From NCBI GenBank assembly GCA_945873815.1, contig CAMCEE010000003.1, positions 76,898 to 140,897 of the forward strand: 64,000 nucleotides of DNA, written 5' to 3'. Position 1 is the first letter of the stretch. Each line of letters begins with the position of its first letter. The position numbers were made by a program, and so were the translations under genes. The notes below the pieces were generated by a model, which saw only the letters and a program-made list of their open reading frames with translations, did not search any database and had not been told where the DNA came from. The DNA is from an uncultured Bacillales bacterium. Its GTDB lineage: Bacteria; Bacillota_I; Bacilli_A; RFN20; CAG-449. Positions 46,919 to 57,093 of this stretch are shown one piece after another.

Positions 46919-48619
46919 CTAACTAACTTTTTTTGCTACAAACTTCCATGAGCCGTCTTTCATTTTATATAAGAAAATGGATGTATTTGCAGTTTCTTTT
47001 ATTTTGTATTCACCATTAATAACGACATAATTATCATTATCATCGCTTTCATATGGTGTTACTGTAATCGCATCATAGTTGTCACCATTTTTAACTGATA
47101 AAGATATTTTTGATCCTGCTGCAGCATTCTTGAAATATACGTATTCATATGCTTCAACAACATCATCATTTCTTAACCATTCTGTACTATTTTTAACTGT
47201 CAATCTCTTATTTTCTTCAAATCCTTCAACATTTACGTATGGTTTTGAGCCATTGTAATATGCATTGATATATTTTGTAACATACTTATTATCAAGCATT
47301 TCTTCGCTTGTTGTTCCAAAATCAGAGAAAACAAAGTCAGTTGTTCCAATGTACCCATAGTAATCATATTCAATCTTGAATGTTACTGTATCTTGGTTGT
47401 TATAATTCTTTGAATATTCAATGAATAAACCACATGGTATAAATGATTGAGCTTGTAAACTTTCCCATAGTTGGAAATTCGTACAGAAATCTGAAATTAC
47501 ACTTATCTTACTTGTATAATATGAGCCTTCGATACCCGATGAAGTAAAATATTGTGATTGAGACAATGCCTTTAGGAATGTTGGATAGACATATACATTT
47601 GGAACATATGGATCTTCATTGTATGGGAATGAAGTTATCATTGAGAACGTATCACCAAACAAATATGTCCAATATGAACCATTCAACGTAACATCATCGT
47701 TAACTTTATAATTATCAAATCCAATCATACCAGAGCATTTGACAATTGCAGATGGATCATTTTTTAAATATTCACTGCTATATCCACTAATGAAATAATC
47801 TTTTGTAAATTTCTCATATCCAACTGGATTAACTTCATCAAAACTTGGATCATATATTAGATGAGTATAATTTAACCCTGCGAATAAATCGATAACCTTT
47901 TGCATTGTTTCATCTGGTTGATAGTATGTTTTTCCTTTATCTAATTGCGCATCTAGATAATCAATTTTTGTTTTTCCAAAATCTTTAATCTTGCAATTGT
48001 GTTCTTCTCCGTTTACAAGAGATACGTCAAATGCAACAGTATTAACATCATCATCAACAGTAATTGTAATTTCTTTCAAGCTAGAATATTTACTTTGATC
48101 AATGCTGAACATCTTCATGAAAACTAATTTGTTCTTCTTTTTCGTGCAAGTGAATGATTTACCTGTTGCACCATCAAATTCAGATAAATCTAAATCATTA
48201 AAGCCATAGAAGAAGCCGTTTCCCCAAATATCTTTAATAAATGATCCATCTTCATTTTTTAGTAAAGCAGAAGGTGTAAACTTTCTTGCATAACGATCAA
48301 ATCTAAATACTCCATCTTCAATTTTACAATATCCGTATTCGTCACCAAGATAATCATCATAGAACGCATTTTCTGTAAAGAACATATTGTTCTCGATATT
48401 TAATGGACCTGTTTTAGTTGATACTGAAATAGTATAGTTTTTACTATTTGCCAATTTTGTAATCGCTTCTTTTACTGATGCTACTTTCGAGTCATCAGCA
48501 TTTGAATATGCGAATTTAACATCGTCTGTTATTACATTTGACTTTATGGATGAAAAGCCACAAATCAATGCTAATGATAAAACGCTAAGTAATATTTTTT
48601 TCTTTGAATTTTTTACCAT
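46919..48619 (-). CDS. Secreted protein or lipoprotein of unknown function (566 aa)
   Basis: It has a signal peptide with the sequence ALICGFSS and is the first gene of the minus-strand lipoprotein cluster. Confidence 0.55.
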   Translation of the reverse strand: MVKNSKKKILLSVLSLALICGFSSIKSNVITDDVKFAYSNADDSKVASVKEAITKLANSKNYTISVSTKTGPLNIENNMFFTENAFYDDYLGDEYGYCKIEDGVFRFDRYARKFTPSALLKNEDGSFIKDIWGNGFFYGFNDLDLSEFDGATGKSFTCTKKKNKLVFMKMFSIDQSKYSSLKEITITVDDDVNTVAFDVSLVNGEEHNCKIKDFGKTKIDYLDAQLDKGKTYYQPDETMQKVIDLFAGLNYTHLIYDPSFDEVNPVGYEKFTKDYFISGYSSEYLKNDPSAIVKCSGMIGFDNYKVNDDVTLNGSYWTYLFGDTFSMITSFPYNEDPYVPNVYVYPTFLKALSQSQYFTSSGIEGSYYTSKISVISDFCTNFQLWESLQAQSFIPCGLFIEYSKNYNNQDTVTFKIEYDYYGYIGTTDFVFSDFGTTSEEMLDNKYVTKYINAYYNGSKPYVNVEGFEENKRLTVKNSTEWLRNDDVVEAYEYVYFKNAAAGSKISLSVKNGDNYDAITVTPYESDDNDNYVVINGEYKIKETANTSIFLYKMKDGSWKFVAKKVS

Positions 48620-48708
48620 AAAATCCTCCTAACCTGTTAATTATATATATAATATATAAAATATTCAACAAATTAACCTAAAAAAGGTATTATTCCTTTT
48701 CATAGTAA

Positions 48709-48765
48709 AAATTAAAAAAATAGTTGCCCATAATATTTCACAAAATATAAATTCTGACAACTATT
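48709..48765 (-). terminator. Candidate terminator of the aminopeptidase gene
   Basis: An inverted repeat AATAGTTG...CAACTATT forms a ~10-bp stem, followed on the minus strand by T7. Confidence 0.5.
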
Positions 48766-48850
48766 ATTTTTATATAAAAAGATATTGAATAATATTCACA
48801 AGACGTATGATATGATTAGAACATTTTATAATTATATTTTGTTAATTATC

Positions 48851-50077
48851 CTAGAATGCCCAGTTACCATCTTTAAAGATTTGAATCTTTTTACCGTCAA
48901 TTGTTTCACCAACGATATCTAAATCATTGCTACCAATCATGAAATCAACGTGAATCATCGAATCGTTAATCCCCATTGAATTCAATTCTTCCTTTGTATA
49001 TTTCTCATAATCTTTAATACAATTGGTAAATCCCATGCCTAAAGCTAGATGGCATGAAGCATTTTCATCATATAATGTATTGAAGAATAAGATATTTGTT
49101 TTATTGATTGGTGAATCGTATGGAATTAAAGCGACTTCTCCTAAGTATCCTGCAGTCTCATCCATTGATATCATTTGCTTTAACAATTCTTCACCTTTTT
49201 CTGCCTTTACTTCAACCGCTTTACCTTTTTCAAATCTAATTGAGAAATTCTCAATTAATTCACCTTGATACGATAATGGTTTCGTTGAATATACAATACC
49301 TTCTGCTTCACCCTTTTTTGGAGAAGTAAAGCATTCTTCTGATGGGATATTAGGATTAAATACAATATTGCTTCCTAATGTTTTTTCTGCTCCACCTAAA
49401 AATAAAGCATTATCCAATAAACCAACTCTAAAATCTGTTCCATTTGATGATGTATAATGCAATTCTTTTAAATGAAGATTATTTAAATAATCACATTTTT
49501 CCTTTAAGTTCTTATTATGCTCATCCCATGCTGCAACTGGATCATCACACATTCTAGATGTTTGCATAATCGCATCCCAAAGTTTTTCAACTGCCTCTTT
49601 CTTTTTAAGGCCAGGGAATACTTTCTTTGCCCATGCTGGAGAAGCAGCTCCGGCAATACACCATTGCTCTTTATTCTCAATTTGATCAATGAATGGTTTA
49701 AGAATTGGATAAGTAGCCATTCTTGCTTTTGCAATCTTAGCTTGATTTACTCCTTTCATTCCATCAGGATCTTCCGAAGTGATATATATACGAGCAGGAA
49801 GAGTCTCAACACGATTTTTCAATTTTTCAATTTTCCAATTAGGAACTTCTGATAAAGTTTTTAACGATTGGTGCTTATAATGTAATTTTTCAATTTCATC
49901 AAAGGACCATTCAACTGATACTGCTTTTGCTCCTTGTTTATAACCAGCAGCAACAATTTCTTTAACTAGTGGAGCTTGGTCAACGCTAGCAAAAACGGTC
50001 AAACATTGGCCTTTTTTAAGAGAAACGCCACGTCTAACTAATAAATCTGCATATTTTTTTAATACTGTTTTTTTCAT
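48851..50077 (-). CDS. Aminopeptidase, M29 family (AmpS/PepS-like)
   Basis: The M29 N-terminus (KKYADLLVRRGVSLKKGQ) is present and the protein aligns along its length with AmpS-type aminopeptidases. A GGAGG RBS lies before the MKKTV start at 50077. Confidence 0.8.
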   Translation of the reverse strand: MKKTVLKKYADLLVRRGVSLKKGQCLTVFASVDQAPLVKEIVAAGYKQGAKAVSVEWSFDEIEKLHYKHQSLKTLSEVPNWKIEKLKNRVETLPARIYITSEDPDGMKGVNQAKIAKARMATYPILKPFIDQIENKEQWCIAGAASPAWAKKVFPGLKKKEAVEKLWDAIMQTSRMCDDPVAAWDEHNKNLKEKCDYLNNLHLKELHYTSSNGTDFRVGLLDNALFLGGAEKTLGSNIVFNPNIPSEECFTSPKKGEAEGIVYSTKPLSYQGELIENFSIRFEKGKAVEVKAEKGEELLKQMISMDETAGYLGEVALIPYDSPINKTNILFFNTLYDENASCHLALGMGFTNCIKDYEKYTKEELNSMGINDSMIHVDFMIGSNDLDIVGETIDGKKIQIFKDGNWAF

Positions 50078-50105
50078 TTTTTCCTCCAAATAAATATAAA
50101 TTAAG

Positions 50106-51020
50106 TTACTCTGGAACTGCAAAATTAACTGCTTGTTTTAAGATTTTCACTGTGAAACGTTCACCATACATCATTTCACCATCTAAACAAATACAAAATC
50201 CTTCTGGACCAGTAATTGTGATTTCTTCTGCAGTACGACGATATGTCACAATCTTTTTCATCGACTTCATATCTAAATGCATTCCCTTTGTATATGGTTT
50301 TAATAAAGATAAAAATCTAAGAATAGATACCGGCTTTACTATGCATACATCCATATATCCATCATCGCAAATTGATTTAGGAGCACACTTAAATTGTCCA
50401 CCAACATATTGTCCATTTGCAATTGTAGCTAAAAGAAATTCTTTTCCAGTAATTTTTTCTTCACCTATAAAAGTATCACCTTTATTATGTCTACATTTTA
50501 GTAAGCAAGAAAAAACAGCTGACATATAAGCCTTTTCGTTTGAAGTATTCTTTTCTCGTTTAATTTTTTCCATTGTTCTTGCAACGTTAGAATCAAATCC
50601 ATAGTTTACAACGTTTATTGAATATGCTTCACCATGGTTAACCTCAATAACATCAACAAGTCTATTTTGCGCTTTTACTAAATGATCTAAATCTAAAAAT
50701 TTTTCTTTGCCACCAAAAATTTTAATATAGTCATTTCCAGAACCAACTGGGTAACAACTCATAGAGAATAATTTTTGATCAGCACCTACTAATCCTTGCA
50801 TTACTTCATTAATAGTTCCATCTCCTCCACAAGCATAGAATCGCGTTTCAACATCTGGATTATTTCTAATATATTCTCTAACAAATCTAGTTGCATCTTT
50901 TCTTTCTTTTGTTACATAAATGTCTGAATCAATATAATGTAATTTATTGATTGATTCTTTTGTTTCTTCTGACTGATTATGAGAACCAGACATTGGATTG
51001 ATAATAAATATATGTTTCAT
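50106..51020 (-). CDS. Diacylglycerol-kinase catalytic-domain lipid kinase (DagK/YegS family)
   Basis: The motifs MKHIFIINPMSG and YACGGDGTINEV are present. An AGGAGA RBS precedes it. Confidence 0.85.
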   Translation of the reverse strand: MKHIFIINPMSGSHNQSEETKESINKLHYIDSDIYVTKERKDATRFVREYIRNNPDVETRFYACGGDGTINEVMQGLVGADQKLFSMSCYPVGSGNDYIKIFGGKEKFLDLDHLVKAQNRLVDVIEVNHGEAYSINVVNYGFDSNVARTMEKIKREKNTSNEKAYMSAVFSCLLKCRHNKGDTFIGEEKITGKEFLLATIANGQYVGGQFKCAPKSICDDGYMDVCIVKPVSILRFLSLLKPYTKGMHLDMKSMKKIVTYRRTAEEITITGPEGFCICLDGEMMYGERFTVKILKQAVNFAVPE

Positions 51021-51043
51021 AAAATTCTCCTAATTTTTGCATA

Positions 51044-51661
51044 TTAGCGTTTAAAATAGCTAGTAATAATCTTAATCATCAATTCGATTTCTTTCTCAGG
51101 GTTAACAGAATTGTCAGCTGCAAGCGAAGTGGATTCACGAGCCAATTTCTTGCACAAATTCAATAAGGATTGCGTTGTTGCAACGTAAAATAGTTTAGGA
51201 TCTTGCACATAATAAATTGTCTTATCAGTTACTCCTTGAGTATAAATATCTACCCAAACTTCTTCTAACGTAGAAAGAATCTTATCGTATTCCACAAGTA
51301 AATCCTTATCTATCTTATCCTCAATCAACAAATTATCAAACTCATAAATGAAACCAAAATAATCTTTCTTTTCTTGAAAAGCCTTTAAAAAAGCAAAGTA
51401 AAAAGATTCCATTTTATCATATCCATTCATTCCTTCAGAATCGGATAGATATTCATGGCACAATGAATCCCACAATGATACTGCTCCTAAAAGTACGATA
51501 TTTTGCTTCCTACCAAAATAACGATATAAAGTAGCTTCACCTACTCCAATATCTTTTGCAATATCAGTCATAGTAACATTATTTATCCCTTTTTCAATAA
51601 ATAATCTTACTGCTTTTTCAACAATTATTTTCTTATGAATTTCGCGTAATCCGTTACTCAT
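51044..51661 (-). CDS. TetR/AcrR family transcriptional regulator
   Basis: The N-terminal HTH is VTMTDIAKDIGVGEATLYRYF. An AGGAG RBS lies 5 nt before the ATG at 51661. Confidence 0.85.
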   Translation of the reverse strand: MSNGLREIHKKIIVEKAVRLFIEKGINNVTMTDIAKDIGVGEATLYRYFGRKQNIVLLGAVSLWDSLCHEYLSDSEGMNGYDKMESFYFAFLKAFQEKKDYFGFIYEFDNLLIEDKIDKDLLVEYDKILSTLEEVWVDIYTQGVTDKTIYYVQDPKLFYVATTQSLLNLCKKLARESTSLAADNSVNPEKEIELMIKIITSYFKR

Positions 51662-51794
51662 TTTCACTCCTATGAAAGTTTTTCTATCATTTTGATAAAC
51701 AAATTATACACAATGCAAGTAAAAAAGTTAACCCTTAACATCTCAAAAACACATAAAAACGCATAATTTTTATATTTTATGCCCAAATTCTATA

Positions 51795-52559
51795 TTAATA
51801 TTCGACGTTTGCAATCACAATTCCGTCTTTTCCTGGTTCAATAAAATCAATAATATCTCCATTTTTATAACGATATGCTCCCCCATAGGATTTACCGCTA
51901 GAAATAGTATTAACAATTAATATATCAAGATTAAAGTTCGCTGATAATTCCACGTACTCATTATTAAATTTTTTCTTTGTATCTTCGATAGAACCTTCAA
52001 TGTAAGAAGGCCAAAAGATTATCTCTTCATTTCTATTATATAAAGCAGGCAACGATACTAAGTCATCAGACAATGCAATCATGCATCTTTTATGACGATA
52101 TTCTATCACCTCAATAACTTGTCCATCGTAATAGTGTTTATCCAATTTTTGATTCTTTTTCCAGCCATTAGTTAATCTTTTATAATCATAAATCACTTCA
52201 CCACGTTCGATTATAATAAAACTAGAAGAAAGACGTTCACGATCTTTTTCATAATATCCAAGCATCACATCAATATTCAATTTTCTCGATTCTCTACATA
52301 TTCTGTTTATCGGTTCTGAATACACGCTTACCGCCATTCTCTTATCAAATTCAATATCGCCTTTTATTGCATCAGGACTTTGTAAAAATGCCTCACCAAA
52401 AAACACAATTTCTGCACCTAATTCTTTTGCTTCACTCATAGTTGCAATAATCGTTTCTATGTTTTTGCCTATATTGTTTGATGATACTTCTTTCGAAGTT
52501 AATGCAATTCTCATAATTCCGTCTTCTTTCTTATAATATTTTGCAAGAAACGGAATCAT
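51795..52559 (-). CDS. Carbon-nitrogen hydrolase (nitrilase superfamily) family protein
   Basis: It has the CN-hydrolase N-terminal fold, including the catalytic Glu region (IVFFGEAFL). The likely start is MRIALTS at 52514. Confidence 0.55.
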   Translation of the reverse strand: MIPFLAKYYKKEDGIMRIALTSKEVSSNNIGKNIETIIATMSEAKELGAEIVFFGEAFLQSPDAIKGDIEFDKRMAVSVYSEPINRICRESRKLNIDVMLGYYEKDRERLSSSFIIIERGEVIYDYKRLTNGWKKNQKLDKHYYDGQVIEVIEYRHKRCMIALSDDLVSLPALYNRNEEIIFWPSYIEGSIEDTKKKFNNEYVELSANFNLDILIVNTISSGKSYGGAYRYKNGDIIDFIEPGKDGIVIANVEY

Positions 52560-52577
52560 TTTTCAACAATAAATCAA

Positions 52578-53435
52578 TTATATATTTTTATTTTTTATCG
52601 CATTAATTAGACCAATAATAAATGGAATTGGAATGATAATAGTAAGTAAAATAAATGTTATTGGAATAGTAATAATTCTATCTAATCCAAAGAAAGGAGA
52701 GATTAGTTTCATATATTGAGTAGCATCATTTCCAAATAGCATTACCAATTGATAGATATTGCATACAACCAATAATCCAATAGTAATACTATAAATCACG
52801 ATGAGTCCTTTATTCCCCACCTTTTCTTTTACCAATTTTATTATGAAAAATAAAGAAGGAACTAAACATAGAATATACATAGGAACAAGGAAAATGAACG
52901 TTCTTCCACTTCCATTAAAAAGTGATATAAATAAACAACCAAGACGATCTAAGGAGATAAAAGCAAATATGCATCCTGCAATCTTAAATATCAGTTTATC
53001 TTTTGTTTTTTCTGTTTCTTCAGCTTTTTTAGAAAGTAAAAGAAGATAAACCCCATATCCAACTCCACATAAAGAAAGCAATAAGAAATCAATAGGATAA
53101 AGAATTGTTGGTCCTCCATATACCCAGTTCTTATATGTAATAATATTTATAAAAGCAAACACACTTGCAAGAGAACCATTTACAATCAAATAAATCGAAT
53201 TTCTAAAGAAAAACTTCTTACCTATTACTCCCTTATGGAACATTTGATGAAATGAAATAACAAACATTCCTGTAAGTAAGACAAATAAAAGAAGAGGGCT
53301 AATAAACGGTAAAATCATTTTTCCTTCTTTGCTTAATGCAGTTAATAATCCTTGAAATCCCATAAATACATAGCATGAGCCCAATATAACCAATAAGACA
53401 TAACAAATAATTAATAATAACCTTTTCTTGTTCAT
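52578..53435 (-). CDS. Polytopic membrane protein of unknown function
   Basis: It has ~8 predicted TM helices and its stop lies 1 nt from the start of the upstream gene. Confidence 0.5.
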   Translation of the reverse strand: MNKKRLLLIICYVLLVILGSCYVFMGFQGLLTALSKEGKMILPFISPLLLFVLLTGMFVISFHQMFHKGVIGKKFFFRNSIYLIVNGSLASVFAFINIITYKNWVYGGPTILYPIDFLLLSLCGVGYGVYLLLLSKKAEETEKTKDKLIFKIAGCIFAFISLDRLGCLFISLFNGSGRTFIFLVPMYILCLVPSLFFIIKLVKEKVGNKGLIVIYSITIGLLVVCNIYQLVMLFGNDATQYMKLISPFFGLDRIITIPITFILLTIIIPIPFIIGLINAIKNKNI

Positions 53436-53436
53436 A

Positions 53437-54435
53437 TTATTTCACCTCGCTATATGTATGAAAATAACAACGTGTGGAATAAGAGTCTTCGCTATCAATC
53501 GTAAGAAGACGATATCCTAACATATCCTCATTTAAGTACATATTATCCGTTGATTTCGTGCCATATACAAAATCAATTTCTTGATAAGACACAATAAAAT
53601 TATTGATGTGATCATGTCCTGTTACTACTGCCATTGTACTTTCATATTCCTTAATCTCATTAAAAAATCCAGTATTAAATTTAGGTGGACAAGTGTTCTC
53701 ACGATATTCACCACCATTTATAGGTTGTTTAATCTCATACCCATCAACTGCATCTTTTATTTCAGGGAGAGGAATATGTTGGAATAATAATGATTTAATT
53801 GCTTTATCACCTTTTTTCCATGTGGAACCAAAGCGATTTCTATTTGCTAATTCTACTTGAGCTTTATAAAACTCAATTTGATCATCATGAACAGCATCAT
53901 AGCCAATCCCATTTTTATATGTATATGTATTGCTATCGATAAAATACAATTGAAATTTTGTTTCATTATCCTTCACAAGATTTATCACATTATTCGATAA
54001 CCCATTTAAATCATCATCTAAATATGAGAATTGCGAGTATTTTGCTTCGCTCACATAACGACTTAAAAAAGTATAATCCGCGTAGATTTGTTCATCATGA
54101 TTACCATATGTAATTGTCCAAGGTATCTTTTTCGAATCAAAATAATCGATTACTGCCCTTACAGTATTTTTACTTGCATAAGTGAATAAATCACCTGTAA
54201 TTACTACTAAATCCAAGTCCGGTTGTTCTTGATACATTAAATCTAAATACAAAAAATCTTCATCAAGATTATCATATGAAGAAAAATGAAGATCAGTTAA
54301 TTGAGCAATCTTAAATCCATCTCTATATTCTAAATTATGAATGTATGCTTCTAAAGGGTAAGACTTTCCCTTCAATGAGCAAGAAGAACATAGTAATGAT
54401 AGTGATGCTAATGATAATATTACTTTATTATTCAT
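53437..54435 (-). CDS. Exported metallophosphoesterase (calcineurin-like)
   Basis: It has a signal peptide or lipobox (LLCSSC) and the metallophosphoesterase motifs DLVVITGDL, GNHDE and GHDH. Confidence 0.8.
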   Translation of the reverse strand: MNNKVILSLASLSLLCSSCSLKGKSYPLEAYIHNLEYRDGFKIAQLTDLHFSSYDNLDEDFLYLDLMYQEQPDLDLVVITGDLFTYASKNTVRAVIDYFDSKKIPWTITYGNHDEQIYADYTFLSRYVSEAKYSQFSYLDDDLNGLSNNVINLVKDNETKFQLYFIDSNTYTYKNGIGYDAVHDDQIEFYKAQVELANRNRFGSTWKKGDKAIKSLLFQHIPLPEIKDAVDGYEIKQPINGGEYRENTCPPKFNTGFFNEIKEYESTMAVVTGHDHINNFIVSYQEIDFVYGTKSTDNMYLNEDMLGYRLLTIDSEDSYSTRCYFHTYSEVK

Positions 54436-54529
54436 TTGTGTTCCTTTCTAGACCTTTTGTCTAATCTTTATAAGATAATTATAAAATCATATCTATGTTT
54501 TGCCAAGTAAGGAAATTGTGTATACTTCA

Positions 54530-56098
54530 TCATTTACTTTTTAGCAATTCTAATAAGGAAGGATTCATTGAATTCACGCGCATAAAATGATTTTGACTTT
54601 CAATATATTTCGATAAACGTTCATCCATTAACACAGTAACGTTAAGAGGATTAAATCCCAATATCTTTTCTAGTCCAATAAAGTCATCGTCCATCTTGAT
54701 AAATGAATTGTAGATTTTTTCTTCAATATTATAAGTATCTTTCACTCCTTCTAAAAATAAATGGAGAAATGGTTTATTATCCTCATTAAAATCCTTTATT
54801 GCAACATATTCTTTATATTCTATATTGCAATCTTTTAATACGCAAGTTATCTCTTGCTCATTGAATCTTGTAAATCCTGCAATATCAATAATCCAAGGGA
54901 GCCTATCTACATATTTAAAACGAGGGATATTAATCTCATTTTTACTAGTAGAATGTTTACCTAAGCATTTATAAACATCTCCTACACGATAACGCATAAA
55001 AGCGCCACCATGAAAATTTGAAATAATCAATTCATACATTTCCCCTTCTTCTACTTCATCCATTAGATAAGTCTTAGGTTTAAAAACTTCTTCAAAATGA
55101 CTCCTAATCGAATCTTCTAATCTAACGAATTCGTAAAATCCTACATTTGGAAAAAAATACATTCCATCTTTTTCATATGTTTCAGTTCCAATAAATGAAA
55201 CTTCTGTACCTGCGAATATTTCAAGTGGTCTTATTCCCCACATTTTTTCTAAATCATCTTTATAATATTCATTATCTGTACCAGCAACTATAAAGCCCTT
55301 CAATCTAAATAAATCTTTTGGAAGAATATTTCTATTAAAGAATTTTTTTATTATTTTTGCTTTAATCATCCTTAATAACATATATAGTTTCATATCATTT
55401 TTTTCCGTTTTTTTTCTCTTTTTTGATAAGGATTTATCAAATGAACTAGAAACCGCATAACATACACTACCAAGGCCAAAGAACAATTCAACATCATCCT
55501 TCATTGCTAGTTTAAAGCCTAATTTATTCCTCTCTTTAAATGATAAAGTCTGTGCTTCTTCTACTGGAGGAAGAAAAGATATATTGCTACTTCTTTCAAC
55601 TAAATATGGAAAAATTCCAGTTAAGAAAGGTAAAGGTGCTAACCCGTAAAGTATCTTTTCATGATCTTTTATTTTTACATCATACTTTTTATTAGAAGTA
55701 GTCATCAATAAGGCGCAGACAATATTATCCATAAATACTTCTAACATTTTTGAAGTATATGGAGCCAGTTTTATTGGTTTTGTCCCTCCCTCCCATGTAG
55801 TTTGAATCCATATTTCTACAGGATCGATTAAATATTCTTCCTTTTTTTTGAGTAAGATATTTGCATAATCACAATAATCAGTAATAGGGACGATTTTTCT
55901 AAAATCATCAATACCAAAATCTATTTTATCTTTTAGAATAGACTCACATAATTTTGATTTTTTCCATTTGTTGATTTGTTCTTCTAATAACGAATTCTGA
56001 GTTTGCATATATTCTTCGATATCCATATCTAGAAAATGACAATATGTTTTCCACATTTCTCTATTATTATTTGATTTCAATATCTCTTCTAATCTCAT
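54530..56098 (-). CDS. GH3-family (auxin-responsive-promoter-type) adenylate-forming acyl-acid amido synthetase homologue
   Basis: It is ~520 aa. The N-terminal pattern FRKIVPITDY and a TTWEGGTKPIKLAPYT region correspond to the GH3 SSGTTxGxxKxIP adenylation motif. The assignment comes from motif recall only. Confidence 0.55.
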   Translation of the reverse strand: MRLEEILKSNNNREMWKTYCHFLDMDIEEYMQTQNSLLEEQINKWKKSKLCESILKDKIDFGIDDFRKIVPITDYCDYANILLKKKEEYLIDPVEIWIQTTWEGGTKPIKLAPYTSKMLEVFMDNIVCALLMTTSNKKYDVKIKDHEKILYGLAPLPFLTGIFPYLVERSSNISFLPPVEEAQTLSFKERNKLGFKLAMKDDVELFFGLGSVCYAVSSSFDKSLSKKRKKTEKNDMKLYMLLRMIKAKIIKKFFNRNILPKDLFRLKGFIVAGTDNEYYKDDLEKMWGIRPLEIFAGTEVSFIGTETYEKDGMYFFPNVGFYEFVRLEDSIRSHFEEVFKPKTYLMDEVEEGEMYELIISNFHGGAFMRYRVGDVYKCLGKHSTSKNEINIPRFKYVDRLPWIIDIAGFTRFNEQEITCVLKDCNIEYKEYVAIKDFNEDNKPFLHLFLEGVKDTYNIEEKIYNSFIKMDDDFIGLEKILGFNPLNVTVLMDERLSKYIESQNHFMRVNSMNPSLLELLKSK

Positions 56099-56102
56099 AA
56101 TC

Positions 56103-56660
56103 TTATTTCCTCCTCTTAGTAAAAGGAATTAGAAATGGCGTATTCTTTTTATACTCGGAATAATTAACAAATGTTTTAGGAAAAACATAATAGTCTTCAT
56201 AAACGATATATAGAATATTTAGTCCAACCATCATTACATAAAATGGAATTGCCGCAATACTATTATTCAAAAATCCAAGTGAAATATATAAGAGGATATA
56301 CCATAATACTCCTGGATGACGACATAAAGAATAAACACCTTTTGTATATGCTAAACGCTTTTTTGAATCTTCTATATATGTTTCTTTAAAGTCTATTGCA
56401 AAAAACAAAGAATAAATTTCTAATGATAAGAAAATCACGATAAATAATGAGAAAATAATAATTGAAGAAAGATTATCATTCGTATAGTAAACCATACTTA
56501 AAGTAACTGTAGAACAAATATTAAGTATCGTTCCAAGTATAAAAAAAGATTTAATGAAACTAATATTCTTGCTTATAGAATTATAATCATAAATAAAAAA
56601 CAGAATATATGATAATAAACCAGTTGAATAACATGCGATTACTACCCCAAAATTTACCAC
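56103..56660 (-). CDS. Membrane methyltransferase of the ICMT/PEMT (isoprenylcysteine carboxyl methyltransferase-like) family
   Basis: It has 4-5 TM helices and the C-terminal GVYSLCRHPGVLWY motif (consensus GxYxxxRHPxY). Confidence 0.5.
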   Translation of the reverse strand: MVNFGVVIACYSTGLLSYILFFIYDYNSISKNISFIKSFFILGTILNICSTVTLSMVYYTNDNLSSIIIFSLFIVIFLSLEIYSLFFAIDFKETYIEDSKKRLAYTKGVYSLCRHPGVLWYILLYISLGFLNNSIAAIPFYVMMVGLNILYIVYEDYYVFPKTFVNYSEYKKNTPFLIPFTKRRK

Positions 56661-57093
56661 ACCCTTTAATAAATTATATCAAGAACAATAATATACGCCA
56701 AGAATTATAACGCAAATATAATGACGTAGGTTTCGATTGTTACTTGAAAAAGTAAATGCAACAATTTTGTCTGAACTTTGTTAAAAAAGCTTATTGTTAA
56801 GCACTTATCATCCTAACAACCATATACATTATGCTTAACAGCTCAGGATTTTATGTTACTTCAGTTCGCTTAACCATCAATTCCGGGATTTCAACCCATA
56901 TATTTAGGTAAAAAAAGTCTAATAACTGTATCAAACCTATGCTTTCAATATGGTTAAGTTACACAATTTTAATACAATTCCATCCCCCTATTAACGATTT
57001 AAAAGGGGATGTTTAGAAACCTAAAATAGGTTTCCATCCTCTTTTTTAGTGTGCTTATAAAATAAAATGGAAGTTGTTAGGTTTATAAACAAG

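Noticed and set aside
56700-56990. Short inverted repeats (for example GTTAAGCA...TGCTTAAC) in the ~400-bp non-coding stretch upstream of the transposase remnant, which might have been IS terminal inverted repeats or a group II intron fragment
   Set aside because: They are short. I could not match them to a second copy at the other side of the remnant. There are no recognisable intron domain V/VI motifs.
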